A stretch of 64,000 nt of DNA from Desulfobacterales bacterium (lineage in GTDB: Bacteria; Desulfobacterota; Desulfobacteria; Desulfobacterales; UBA5852). Of the stretch, positions 49,792 through 58,745 are shown one piece after another. The notes below the pieces were generated by a model. That model was not told where the DNA came from and did not search any database. It was given only the letters and a program-made list of their open reading frames with translations. Position numbers and translations under genes: made by a program. The stretch lies in the NCBI GenBank assembly GCA_963674755.2, contig CAXXVS010000002.1, forward strand, positions 256,001-320,000, written 5' to 3'. Each line of letters begins with the position of its first letter. Positions within the stretch are counted from its first letter, which is position 1.

Positions 49792-50093
49792 ACGGATGTA
49801 AACTGCGGGAAGGACGGTGGACGATTTGGACGATAGTTATGGCGATTTTAAAAACAACCTATCGGTGACCTTGACGAATCCTTTAGGGATAATGGACATA
49901 TGATCACCGGTTTTGTAGCGTGTCGCCTGACCACAATATGTAGAGTTTAGCCAATTCGAGGATCATGACCTGTAATCCCAAGTTTTGGCAGGCTCGTTTG
50001 AGGTTGTCGATAAGAGTTTTATCGATCGTCCCGCGGCATTGATGATACAAACTATTATTGTATTTTTGTGATTTGGCACATTTGAAAGACGAT

Positions 50094-50966
50094 ATGGAAT
50101 CACAAATAGATCTTGAAGATGCCAAAAACGAGGTCCTGCGAAAGATTGGACGAAACATGCTCCTTTTCCAGCAGATGGAAAAGTTGCTCAAGTTTTTAAT
50201 AGTCAATGGGAAAATAGCAGGTTACACCGACGAATTAAAATCGAAACAAGAGCAACGGGCCGCGACAATAAATAAAAAGACCATGGGACTGTTGGTTGGA
50301 GATTACATTGAAGGCACCTTCTCTGATATTGAAAACATTCCGCAAGCACCCAGAGACTTGAAGGGGGTATATATTACTTTTGGATTAAGTGTGGATGTTG
50401 ATGCCGTCTACTACGAAAACAAAAAGAAAATTCTTGCTGAAATTGTTGCGGATCGCAATGAGTTAATTCATGATCTATTCCCAAGCTATGATCTGACCTC
50501 AATTGAGGGCTGCCGGGAAATCGAGGAGCATCTTGATCAACAACGTGAAAAACTCCTTCCAGAATTAAATGAAATACAAACTTTAATTGAAACCTTGGTC
50601 GAGACAAAGAAATTATTTTCCGATTTTCTAAATTCTGACAAAGGGAAAAGACGTTTTTATTCACCGCAGCGTGGAGGCCGTATTTTATACTATCTTGGCG
50701 AAATAGCAGCTCAGGTTGTTAGACCTGATGGCTGGACACCACTGAGTGTAGCCGGTCAAATATTATGGAGTCAAAAGCCTGAAGAAATAACCGATGTATT
50801 TAAAAAATATGGTCATAAGACACTTAAGGGACTGATTTTGGCAACTGAGATATTTGAAATAAAAGAAGAGCCTACGAAGAAGGGGGGTCTTCAGGTTCTT
50901 TACAGACTAAAACCCGGTTGGACATTTGATATGGTAAAAGATGGAAACAAAGAACTACCAGGGTAG
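50094..50966 (+). CDS. OST-HTH/LOTUS domain-containing protein
   Basis: KIGRNMLLFQQME..LK...RNELIH; C-terminal DGWT.LS.AG..L...KKYGHKTLK.LI. Confidence 0.7.
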   Translation: MESQIDLEDAKNEVLRKIGRNMLLFQQMEKLLKFLIVNGKIAGYTDELKSKQEQRAATINKKTMGLLVGDYIEGTFSDIENIPQAPRDLKGVYITFGLSVDVDAVYYENKKKILAEIVADRNELIHDLFPSYDLTSIEGCREIEEHLDQQREKLLPELNEIQTLIETLVETKKLFSDFLNSDKGKRRFYSPQRGGRILYYLGEIAAQVVRPDGWTPLSVAGQILWSQKPEEITDVFKKYGHKTLKGLILATEIFEIKEEPTKKGGLQVLYRLKPGWTFDMVKDGNKELPG

Positions 50967-51234
50967 CGGTGGTGTATCTGAAGTTTGACTATCTCCAACT
51001 AATCCTATTTGTCCTTTGCATTTTGATTTGATGTGTATAGTGTAATATACGGAAAACAGAAAAGCTGAAGGCCAAACAAAATATTTAGTGGATGGTCCTT
51101 TTGCATAGCATCCAATCTACAAAATCGTAATCCAAATCGCCCCCACCGTCCCCATCGTCCAACCCACTAAACTTTTTGAGCAATATGCCGATTTATGTTA
51201 ATCGGTTAGGAAAGACTGCTACTGAGGGGGCTAC

Positions 51235-51753
51235 ATGTCTGATCAAGAAAAGTGGATCTACGGTGAGTTGCTGATGAAGCGGTGGGATGTTAGTCGAGCT
51301 ACCCTCGCGTATTTTGTAAAAGAAGGATTTCCTGCATATGGTGAGGAGGGTAGGGTTGTTTATGAGAGCGGGCCGGACGATACATCGTTGGATTGGGTCG
51401 ATCGGTACCGATACAAACTCTCAGATGTTGAGAATTATGAAGCCGCCAACCCACATCTTTTCGGAGCATCGAATTCTGATACGAAAATGGAGCAAGCCGG
51501 CATGGATGCTAAAGAGAAACGTGAATTCGGGCAATTAAAGCGTGAAAAGGAAAAATGGGACGCTTCTATTCAGGCTGCTTTGCTGGTCGGCATGTTTGTC
51601 CAGGAAAAGAACCAAGTTCTCAAACGCAAAGACGTAAAGGATCAACTGTATAAGATTGATTCTACTTTGCCTGATACCGCGTTTGAAAAAATCTGGAAAG
51701 CGATTCCGAGTCAATATCGTCATAAAGGAGGTCGCACGAAAGACGACACATAG
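51235..51753 (+). CDS. Hypothetical protein (possible DNA-binding regulator upstream of int)
   Basis: GAGG RBS; ELLMKRWDVS HTH-like start; C-terminal KGGRTK. Confidence 0.65.
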   Translation: MSDQEKWIYGELLMKRWDVSRATLAYFVKEGFPAYGEEGRVVYESGPDDTSLDWVDRYRYKLSDVENYEAANPHLFGASNSDTKMEQAGMDAKEKREFGQLKREKEKWDASIQAALLVGMFVQEKNQVLKRKDVKDQLYKIDSTLPDTAFEKIWKAIPSQYRHKGGRTKDDT

Positions 51754-51968
51754 TTTAGGCACCATCACCAATTGATATTTCCTTCAAATCCCTTCCAGTA
51801 TTTCATTCTGTAAGACCCAACCCCTTTTTTTAAAATCCATAAAGCACTTCCAGCAAAACATTCTCGTTTCTTTCCCATGAATGTTTCAGGGCTATCTATG
51901 TCCTGAAATTTCGTTAAGTTTTTCTCCAGAGAAATTCCAATAACCATTTTACAGGAGGACTATTACCT

Positions 51969-53045
51969 ATGGCATGTATTGCTAAAAGAAGAGGCCGCTA
52001 CGTTATTGATTTCTACGACAACCAAGGAAAACGGAGGTGGAAAACCCTGCCGCAAGGAACAACAAAAAAGAAAGCCAGGGAGGTTCTCAGGGATATCGAG
52101 GACCAATTGTCGAAAGGGACGTATCTGACCGACAAAAAGATACCCACCTTTAAAGAGGTCGCGGAGGATTGGCTCGTTTACAAAAAGCCGAACGTAAGGG
52201 CTTCCACTTGGTCAGTTTATGAAGGCCACGTTCGCAATCATTTTAATGATGTTGCTGACATTAAGGTGAACCGCATCACTGTCACCAAGGTTGAGCATTT
52301 TTTAGCTGACCGGCAAAACGAGAAAATGAACCTCGGTACGCTTCGAAAAATTATGATCAGCTTTGGCCAGATCATGGCCTACGCGGTGCGTCACAAATAC
52401 ATCCATCATAACCCCGTTCGCGAGATAGAACGTCCACGAGGCAACGGGAACATCGACACCATTAAGATCCGAGTCCTGAACCCTGCGGAAATTCAACGCA
52501 TGCTCGACGCTGTTGAGGACCTTCGGCATCTGACCCTTTTCCGGTTGGCTGTTATGAGTGGAGCTCGGCAGGGCGAGCTTCTTGGGCTCAAATGGTCTGA
52601 CGTCCTTTGGGACAGCAAGCAAATTCATATCCAGAGGACTTTCAACAATGGCGGTTGGTACGAGCCCAAGTCCGCCTCGTCGAACCGACGCATTGATTTA
52701 GGACCAGCGATGATGGCCGAATTGAAACGTTGGAAAAAGGAATGCCCCAAGAGCAAGCTTAATTTGGTTTTTCCTAACACCGTTGGCAATGTGATGTGCG
52801 ACAGCAGCATGCTGCGAAAACACTTTCATCCTGCATTGAAGGCCGCGAACCTCCCCAGAATAAGGTTCCATGACCTCAGACATACCTATGCAAGCCTGCT
52901 GATAGAGCAGGGGGAAAATATCAAATACATTCAGACCCAACTCGGGCATTCCAGTCCGTCGGTCACTCTGGATGTCTATGCCCACCTTTTGAAGCCATCC
53001 AATCAACAGGCGGCCCGACGTCTCGAAAAATCCATTTTTTCGTAG
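51969..53045 (+). CDS. int: Tyrosine recombinase / site-specific integrase
   Basis: SGARQGELLGLKW, FHDLRHTYAS, LGHSS..VTLDVYAH; adjacent to att. Confidence 0.95.
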   Translation: MACIAKRRGRYVIDFYDNQGKRRWKTLPQGTTKKKAREVLRDIEDQLSKGTYLTDKKIPTFKEVAEDWLVYKKPNVRASTWSVYEGHVRNHFNDVADIKVNRITVTKVEHFLADRQNEKMNLGTLRKIMISFGQIMAYAVRHKYIHHNPVREIERPRGNGNIDTIKIRVLNPAEIQRMLDAVEDLRHLTLFRLAVMSGARQGELLGLKWSDVLWDSKQIHIQRTFNNGGWYEPKSASSNRRIDLGPAMMAELKRWKKECPKSKLNLVFPNTVGNVMCDSSMLRKHFHPALKAANLPRIRFHDLRHTYASLLIEQGENIKYIQTQLGHSSPSVTLDVYAHLLKPSNQQAARRLEKSIFS

Positions 53046-53085
53046 GCGGTAGCAAAATGGTAGCAGGGAAGGGGAGGCGGAAAAG

Positions 53086-53117
53086 AAAAGGGGTTACGCG
53101 ATGTGGCGTAACCCCTT
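53086..53117 (-). terminator. Terminator downstream of tRNA-Leu
   Basis: aaggggttacgc/gcgtaacccctt stem, U-tract on minus strand. Confidence 0.75.
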
Positions 53118-53128
53118 GATATTATTAA

Positions 53129-53215
53129 TGGTGCCGAAGGCCGGACTTGAACCGGCACGGGCGTAGCCCACTACCCCCTCAAGATAGCGTGTCTACCAAA
53201 TTCCACCACTTCGGC
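53129..53215 (-). tRNA. tRNA-Leu(GAG)
   Basis: GCCGAAGTGGTGGAATTTGGTAGACACGCTATC-TTGAGGG-GGTAG...GGTTCAAGTCC...GGCACCA; long variable arm. Confidence 0.97.
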
Positions 53216-53236
53216 ACGAAAATCGTTGTATCCAAG

Positions 53237-53611
53237 TTATTTGCTGTCCGCTGGTGCCGGCGCCGGCGAAGGAGCGGCGGGGGCAGACGATTGTTCCGCA
53301 CCCTTGTTGTCGGCACCGGATGGGGCTGGCGTCGACTGCTCCACCGGTGCCGGGACATTCTCCATGATCGTGCTGGTATTTTGATTGCCGGACATGTAGG
53401 CCAGCGTCAGGGAGGTCAGCATGAATACCACGGCCGCCACAGTAGTGGCTTTGCTCAGGAAAGTGCTGGCACCCGTACTGCCGAACAGGGTCTGGCTGGA
53501 ACCGCCGCCGAAAGCGGCTCCCATGTCGGCCCCCTTGCCGGTCTGCAACAGAACGATCATGATCAGCGCGATACAGACAATAATGTGCAAAACGATAACG
53601 AGTATGGACAT
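53237..53611 (-). CDS. secG: Preprotein translocase subunit SecG
   Basis: VLLQTGKGADMGAAFGGG.SQTLFGS.GA.TFL. Confidence 0.95.
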   Translation of the reverse strand: MSILVIVLHIIVCIALIMIVLLQTGKGADMGAAFGGGSSQTLFGSTGASTFLSKATTVAAVVFMLTSLTLAYMSGNQNTSTIMENVPAPVEQSTPAPSGADNKGAEQSSAPAAPSPAPAPADSK

Positions 53612-53628
53612 AATTTATTTCAATGCTC

Positions 53629-54390
53629 TCATGCGCCGAAATGGATGATTTCGGCAAAGGTATCGGGTTTCAGACTGGCGCCGCCCACGAGTGCGCCATC
53701 GATATCCGGCATGGCCATGAGATCCTTGGCGTTGCTTGGTTTGACGCTGCCACCGTAAAGAATTCGGATACTGTCGGCCAACTCGCCGCCCAGAGACTGC
53801 GCCAGGTGATCGCGAATAACGGCATGCGCTTCCTGGGCCTGCTCCTTGGTGGCGGTTTTGCCGGTGCCGATGGCCCAGACCGGCTCGTAGGCCACGACGA
53901 GTTCTTGCGGCCCGCGCAAAGACACTCCTTCTAACCCCAATCGAACCTGTTTGTCAAGAACGGAAAACGTCTCTCCCGCTTCGCGTTGAGATTCGGTTTC
54001 GCCGATACAAACTACCGGTATGATGGACGATTTGAGGGCTGCTTTGATCTTGCGGTTGACGCCCTCGTCGCTCTCGCCGAAGTACTGGCGTCTTTCCGAA
54101 TGACCGATCAATGCATGGGAGCAGCCGACGGCCGTAAGCATGCCCGGCGAAATCTCACCGGTAAAAGCGCCTTCCGCCTCCCAATAGAGATTCTGGGCGC
54201 CCAAGGCGATGGGGGAGGACTGCAGCACGCGCGCGACTGGCGCCAGGGCGGTAAAAGGCGGGGCGATCATGACGTCGACGGCGGGATCCGGGCCGACCAA
54301 CGTAACCAGTCGGGCCGCGGTTTCCTCTGCCTCGGGACCGGTTTTATACATTTTCCAATTACCGGCAATCAAGGGTTTGCGCAGTGGCAT
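53629..54390 (-). CDS. tpiA: Triosephosphate isomerase
   Basis: IAGNWKM, GHSERR, AYEPVWAIGTG, YGGSV, LVGGASL. Confidence 0.97.
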   Translation of the reverse strand: MPLRKPLIAGNWKMYKTGPEAEETAARLVTLVGPDPAVDVMIAPPFTALAPVARVLQSSPIALGAQNLYWEAEGAFTGEISPGMLTAVGCSHALIGHSERRQYFGESDEGVNRKIKAALKSSIIPVVCIGETESQREAGETFSVLDKQVRLGLEGVSLRGPQELVVAYEPVWAIGTGKTATKEQAQEAHAVIRDHLAQSLGGELADSIRILYGGSVKPSNAKDLMAMPDIDGALVGGASLKPDTFAEIIHFGA

Positions 54391-54449
54391 GGAGTATCTC
54401 CTCTTGTCCAATGAGTTGGCTGATCCCAACGTAAAACCGTGATCTCACC

Positions 54450-55454
54450 CTAAAGCTGACTTCCCACCAGGGCCGCCAGATCGACCATCCGATGCGAGTA
54501 GCCGCTTTCATTGTCATACCACGCCAACACCTTGACCAGGTTATCGATCACATGGGTGGTGGGGGCGTCGACGATGGAAGAAAGCGCCGATCCGTTGTAA
54601 TCGGTGGAAACCAGAGGGACTTCACTGTATCCCATGATCCCGGCAAGGGTGGTTTGGGAGGCGGCATTCAGGGCCTCGTTGACATCCGAAACGGTAATGC
54701 CACTTTTATCAACGGACACCACGAGATCTACAATGGAGACATTCGGGGTGGGGACACGGATGGCCAAACCGTTGAGCTTTCCCTCCAGTTCAGGAATCAC
54801 CAGGGCTACGGCCCGGGCCGCACCCGTGGTGGTGGGAATCATCGAAAGGGCGGCGGCCCGTGCGCGACGCAGATCTTTGTGAGGAAAATCAAGCAGGCGC
54901 TGATCACCGGTGTAGGAATGGATCGTTGTCATCAGACCGTTGTGGATACCGAAATTTTCCATCAGCACCTTGGCCACAGGCGCCAGACAGTTGGTGGTGC
55001 AGGAGGCATTGGAAATGATGTGATGCTGCTTGGGGTCGTACTGGCTCGAATTGACCCCCATGACGATGGTGGCGTCCGGGTCTTTGGCCGGAGCGGAGAT
55101 GATGACTTTCCGGGCACCGGCACTCAAGTGCTTGGCCGCGCTTTCCCGATCGCGAAAAAGCCCTGTGCATTCCGCGGCAATGTCGATCCCGCGGCTTTTC
55201 CAAGGCAATTGAGCCGGATCCTTGATGGCGGTAACCGCAATCGAGCGGCCATCGACGATGATTTCGTTTTCGGCGTACGCGACTTCAGCATCCAGTTTGC
55301 CGTGCACCGAATCATAGGTCAACAGATGGGCCATGGTGGCCGGATCGGTAAGATCATTGATGGCGACCACTTCCACATCGGGGTGATTGAGGGCCGATCG
55401 GAAAACGATACGCCCGATGCGGCCGAAACCGTTGATTGCCAGTTTTATACTCAT
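54450..55454 (-). CDS. gap: Glyceraldehyde-3-phosphate dehydrogenase, type I
   Basis: INGFGRIGR, ASCTTNCL, WYDNE. Confidence 0.97.
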   Translation of the reverse strand: MSIKLAINGFGRIGRIVFRSALNHPDVEVVAINDLTDPATMAHLLTYDSVHGKLDAEVAYAENEIIVDGRSIAVTAIKDPAQLPWKSRGIDIAAECTGLFRDRESAAKHLSAGARKVIISAPAKDPDATIVMGVNSSQYDPKQHHIISNASCTTNCLAPVAKVLMENFGIHNGLMTTIHSYTGDQRLLDFPHKDLRRARAAALSMIPTTTGAARAVALVIPELEGKLNGLAIRVPTPNVSIVDLVVSVDKSGITVSDVNEALNAASQTTLAGIMGYSEVPLVSTDYNGSALSSIVDAPTTHVIDNLVKVLAWYDNESGYSHRMVDLAALVGSQL

Positions 55455-55927
55455 GACTCCTCCTTGAGGCGTTTGGACATGACCAGGGCATCTTCCCCGG
55501 TTTTGGGATAGTAGTTCGGACGAATACCGATGGTTTGGAAACCCGCTTTGCTGTAAAAACCGACCGCCGCCCGATTGGACGGCCGTACTTCCAAGAGGAT
55601 CTGAGCGGCGTGGCGTTGCACGGCTTCCCGTTGCGCCGCTTGCAAAAGCAAGGTTGCCATGCCGTGTTTTCGCCAGTGCGGATCCACGGCAAGTTTCATG
55701 ATGTGCATTTCATCCATCAGAAAGCGGACCAGAATATAGCCTGCGACCGTGGTCTGCTTTTCGCTCGTTGCGGCCACTCTGGCGACGCGCTGCCAGCCAT
55801 CGGCGACGCCCAGCTCTCCGACGATGGCCAAGGGTTGCCATGGCTGGGCAAACGAAGCGCTTTCAATCGCACAAATATTTTCGATGTCCTCGATGCAGGC
55901 CGGCGCTAGAAACACGGTCGCGGTCAA
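55451..55927 (-). CDS. rimI: Ribosomal protein S18-alanine N-acetyltransferase
   Basis: LAVDP.WR..G, LEVRPSN..A..FY...GF...G.R.NYY...EDALVM. Confidence 0.88.
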   Translation of the reverse strand: MTATVFLAPACIEDIENICAIESASFAQPWQPLAIVGELGVADGWQRVARVAATSEKQTTVAGYILVRFLMDEMHIMKLAVDPHWRKHGMATLLLQAAQREAVQRHAAQILLEVRPSNRAAVGFYSKAGFQTIGIRPNYYPKTGEDALVMSKRLKEES

Positions 55928-56340
55928 TGCCCTCGTTTATTGCCCTTGAGAATACTGCTGGCCAGGGAAATACTGCGTTTGCCAAAGGATTCCAGGAAGG
56001 TCGCCAAATCGCCCAGGTCTTTTTCCTGGCGCGCGCTCGTCGCCTTGATCAGGATGGGCAGGTTGACACCCGATATGACTTCAATCTTGCCTTCCTCGAG
56101 GAAAGAATAGCTCAAATTGGAAGGCGTGCCGCCGAACATGTCCGTCAGAATGAGCACGCCTTGGGGTTGGCGCACTTTTTTTATAGCGCTGTCGATTTTG
56201 CCCCTTAATTTTTCGGCGTTCTCCTTAAGGTCGACCGAAACGGCAACGGTTGCTTCGGGTTTGCTGCCGAGAATAAACTCGGCCGCTTCGATGAGGGCGG
56301 CTCCCAGTTGGCTGTGCGTGACGATGACGATTCCTACCAT
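55924..56340 (-). CDS. PTS mannose/fructose-type IIA component
   Basis: GIVIVTH, LILTDMFGGTPSN, VISGVNLP. Confidence 0.92.
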   Translation of the reverse strand: MVGIVIVTHSQLGAALIEAAEFILGSKPEATVAVSVDLKENAEKLRGKIDSAIKKVRQPQGVLILTDMFGGTPSNLSYSFLEEGKIEVISGVNLPILIKATSARQEKDLGDLATFLESFGKRSISLASSILKGNKRGH

Positions 56341-56549
56341 AATATTCCTGAATCAGAAGAGTGAGACGTTAGGGGTATCGGGCTTTGCCGCGGCAAAACG
56401 TGCCGACGATCTTTTACGCAAGCCTCAAACAATCTAATATAATACGCAATCGTCCGGTGACAACCTCGACCGTTCAGTCCGGTCTCAACCGGCCGATGCG
56501 GTGGCCAAGCCTTGCGCGGCGGCCGACAACGGCTATGGTCAGGGGACGG

Positions 56550-57461
56550 CTACAATGAGGTCGATGATGGTTTCGCATCGAAAGAAGGCAATTCGGCCGA
56601 CTGGCGCTTGATATCGCGGTGCGATATTTCCACCTCCATCCCATGGTTGCGGATGTGTTCGAAGACGGCGCGTGCTATGGCCACTGATCGGTGGTGGCCC
56701 CCGGTGCAGCCGATGGTAATGGTCAGATAGGCTTTGCCTTCTTTTTCATAGAGCGGAATGAGGTAATCCAGCAGATTGAGATATTTTTCTAAAAAAAGCT
56801 GGCTGTTCGGATCGGCCATAACAAAGTCGCGCACCCGTGTGGACTCGCCATCCAAGGCTTTCAGATCCGGCAGGAAGTAAGGGTTGGCTATAAATCGGAC
56901 GTCGACCATCAAATCAGCATGCTCCGGGACGCCGTATTTAAAGCCAAACGACATGACATGGATCTGCATGTGGGCCAGATCCCGATGGTGAATCATGTCG
57001 CGAATGACATTTTTTAAGTCATGCACCGTGAGGCCGGTGGTGTTGATGAGCTGGTCGGCGGACATGCGAAGAGGGGCCAGCGCTTCCCTTTCTTTCTGGA
57101 TGCCGTCGAGCAGACTCTTCCCGCGGCCCAAGGGGTGGTAGCGTCGCGTCTGGCTATAGCGGTTCAGGAGATCCTTTTCCGTCGCTTCCAGGAAGATGAT
57201 CTCCAGTCGGTAACCATCCGCCTTGAGGGCTTCGAAAATGCCGGCATATTGATCGATAAACCCCTTTTCCCGGGCATCCATGACAAATGCCAACCCGGCA
57301 ATGTCAGCATTGTGCCGCAACGGCAGTTCGAGGAATTTGGGCAACAGGGAGACCGGCATGTTATCGACACAATAGAAGCCGGCATCTTCCATCACGTCGA
57401 TCGCCGTGCTCTTGCCCGATCCCGAGAGACCCGTAATAATAAAGATTTTTTTTCCAGTCAC
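56550..57461 (-). CDS. rapZ: RNase adapter RapZ
   Basis: ITGLSGSGKS, YCVDN.P, SFGFKYG, DVRF..NP, GCTGG.HRSV. Confidence 0.94.
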   Translation of the reverse strand: MTGKKIFIITGLSGSGKSTAIDVMEDAGFYCVDNMPVSLLPKFLELPLRHNADIAGLAFVMDAREKGFIDQYAGIFEALKADGYRLEIIFLEATEKDLLNRYSQTRRYHPLGRGKSLLDGIQKEREALAPLRMSADQLINTTGLTVHDLKNVIRDMIHHRDLAHMQIHVMSFGFKYGVPEHADLMVDVRFIANPYFLPDLKALDGESTRVRDFVMADPNSQLFLEKYLNLLDYLIPLYEKEGKAYLTITIGCTGGHHRSVAIARAVFEHIRNHGMEVEISHRDIKRQSAELPSFDAKPSSTSL

Positions 57462-57620
57462 AGTGATCCTGTAGCGCCGGAAGGTAGCGGCCGCGATTAT
57501 ATCAAGGCCCTGCGGTCGCCCGCTTCGTGTCTTTCGCGATACCCTGAACGGCGATCTGTCCACATGCCGGGGTGTGATACGTATTGTCGGCCGACGGCTA
57601 TACGAGTGTCAAGATGGCGT

Positions 57621-58079
57621 TTAGAAGTCTTCGTCTTCTTCTTTGATGATGGTGTAGATTTCTTCTTTTGTCGCTGCGGACAATAATTTTTCTTTGAATG
57701 GATCGTTTTTAAGAATACGTGATATGCGGGCCAGCACTTTCAAGTGCAGACCGGTGGAATTTTCAGGGGTCAACAAGAGGAAAAAAATACGGGTCGGCTT
57801 GCCGTCCATGGATTCAAAGTCAACCCCCGTCCGGCTCAATCCAAAACCGAGCGCCAGTTTTTGCAGCTGTTTCAGTTTGCCGTGCGGTATGCCGATACCA
57901 CCGCCAATACCGGTACTTCCCAGACGTTCGCGTTCCATCAGGACCCGGATGATTTCATCGCGGCTGATCCCAGTGGCTTCCGCCACCGGTGCGGCCAATT
58001 CTTCCAGAATGCCTTTTTTGTCGCCCGACTTGAGATCGGCGCAAATCGCTTGGCGGTCGAGAACGTCAAGAATTTTCAT
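57621..58079 (-). CDS. ptsN: PTS IIA nitrogen-regulatory protein
   Basis: ERERLGSTGIG.GIGIPH, HLKVLARISR. Confidence 0.9.
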   Translation of the reverse strand: MKILDVLDRQAICADLKSGDKKGILEELAAPVAEATGISRDEIIRVLMERERLGSTGIGGGIGIPHGKLKQLQKLALGFGLSRTGVDFESMDGKPTRIFFLLLTPENSTGLHLKVLARISRILKNDPFKEKLLSAATKEEIYTIIKEEDEDF

Positions 58080-58206
58080 GGTGTTGTATCGAGTTCCCTA
58101 AAGGGAGCAACACAGCAGACCGCCGCTACGCTTAGGTGAAGCAGTTTAACACCTGTCGTTGGTTGCCAACGGCGGCTGCGTGTTTGAAGATTAAGGGCCG
58201 CAAGCC

Positions 58207-58734
58207 TCAAATCTGGGGCTGAATCAAGCCCAAATCACCGTCATTGCGACGGTAGAGAACATTAATCTGGTCTGTCCGGGCGTTGGTGAAAACCAGAAAG
58301 TTCTCGGTTGTCAGACCCATCTGGAGAATGGCTTCATCAACATCCATGGGTTTGTATTCGATTTGGGTGACTTTTACTTCTTGTGCGCTATCATCCTCCA
58401 CCGCAGCCGGCATTCCGGCCAGCTTGGCTTTAACACGCGCCTTGGCGCGGCGCTCGCGGACTTTTTCCTTGCCCTTTTTGATCTGTTTCTCCAGCTTGTC
58501 CAAGACCATATCAATGGCGGAATACATGTCTTCGGTTTCTTCTTTGCCATTGATCTGCATTCGGTCGCCGGAGACGCTTATCTCGGCAATGTGCCTGAAT
58601 TTTTCGACCTTGAGGACCACATTGGCTTCCGCCGGGTTGTCGAGCAAACGGTCAAAGCGGTCCAGCTTTTCCATGACATAGCTTTTGAGGTGATCGGAGG
58701 AGTCGATATTCTTGAACGTTACGGATGTTTGCAT
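58207..58734 (-). CDS. hpf: Ribosome hibernation promoting factor (long HPF)
   Basis: DMYSAID.V.DKLEKQ; KPMDVDEAILQM...VLYRR.DG..GLI. Confidence 0.93.
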   Translation of the reverse strand: MQTSVTFKNIDSSDHLKSYVMEKLDRFDRLLDNPAEANVVLKVEKFRHIAEISVSGDRMQINGKEETEDMYSAIDMVLDKLEKQIKKGKEKVRERRAKARVKAKLAGMPAAVEDDSAQEVKVTQIEYKPMDVDEAILQMGLTTENFLVFTNARTDQINVLYRRNDGDLGLIQPQI

Positions 58735-58745
58735 ATATGTCCTCC

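Larger units (their letters stand above)
30678..53182. mobile_element. ~22.5-kb integrative element in tRNA-Leu(GAG) (satellite/IME-like; no capsid or relaxase seen)
   Basis: Flanking 55-bp direct repeats, tyrosine integrase next to the tRNA, excisionase and replication genes at the far end, visibly AT-richer than the core. Confidence 0.92.

Noticed and set aside
30678..53182. Intact prophage or ICE
   Set aside because: No structural, terminase, lysis, relaxase or T4SS genes recognised
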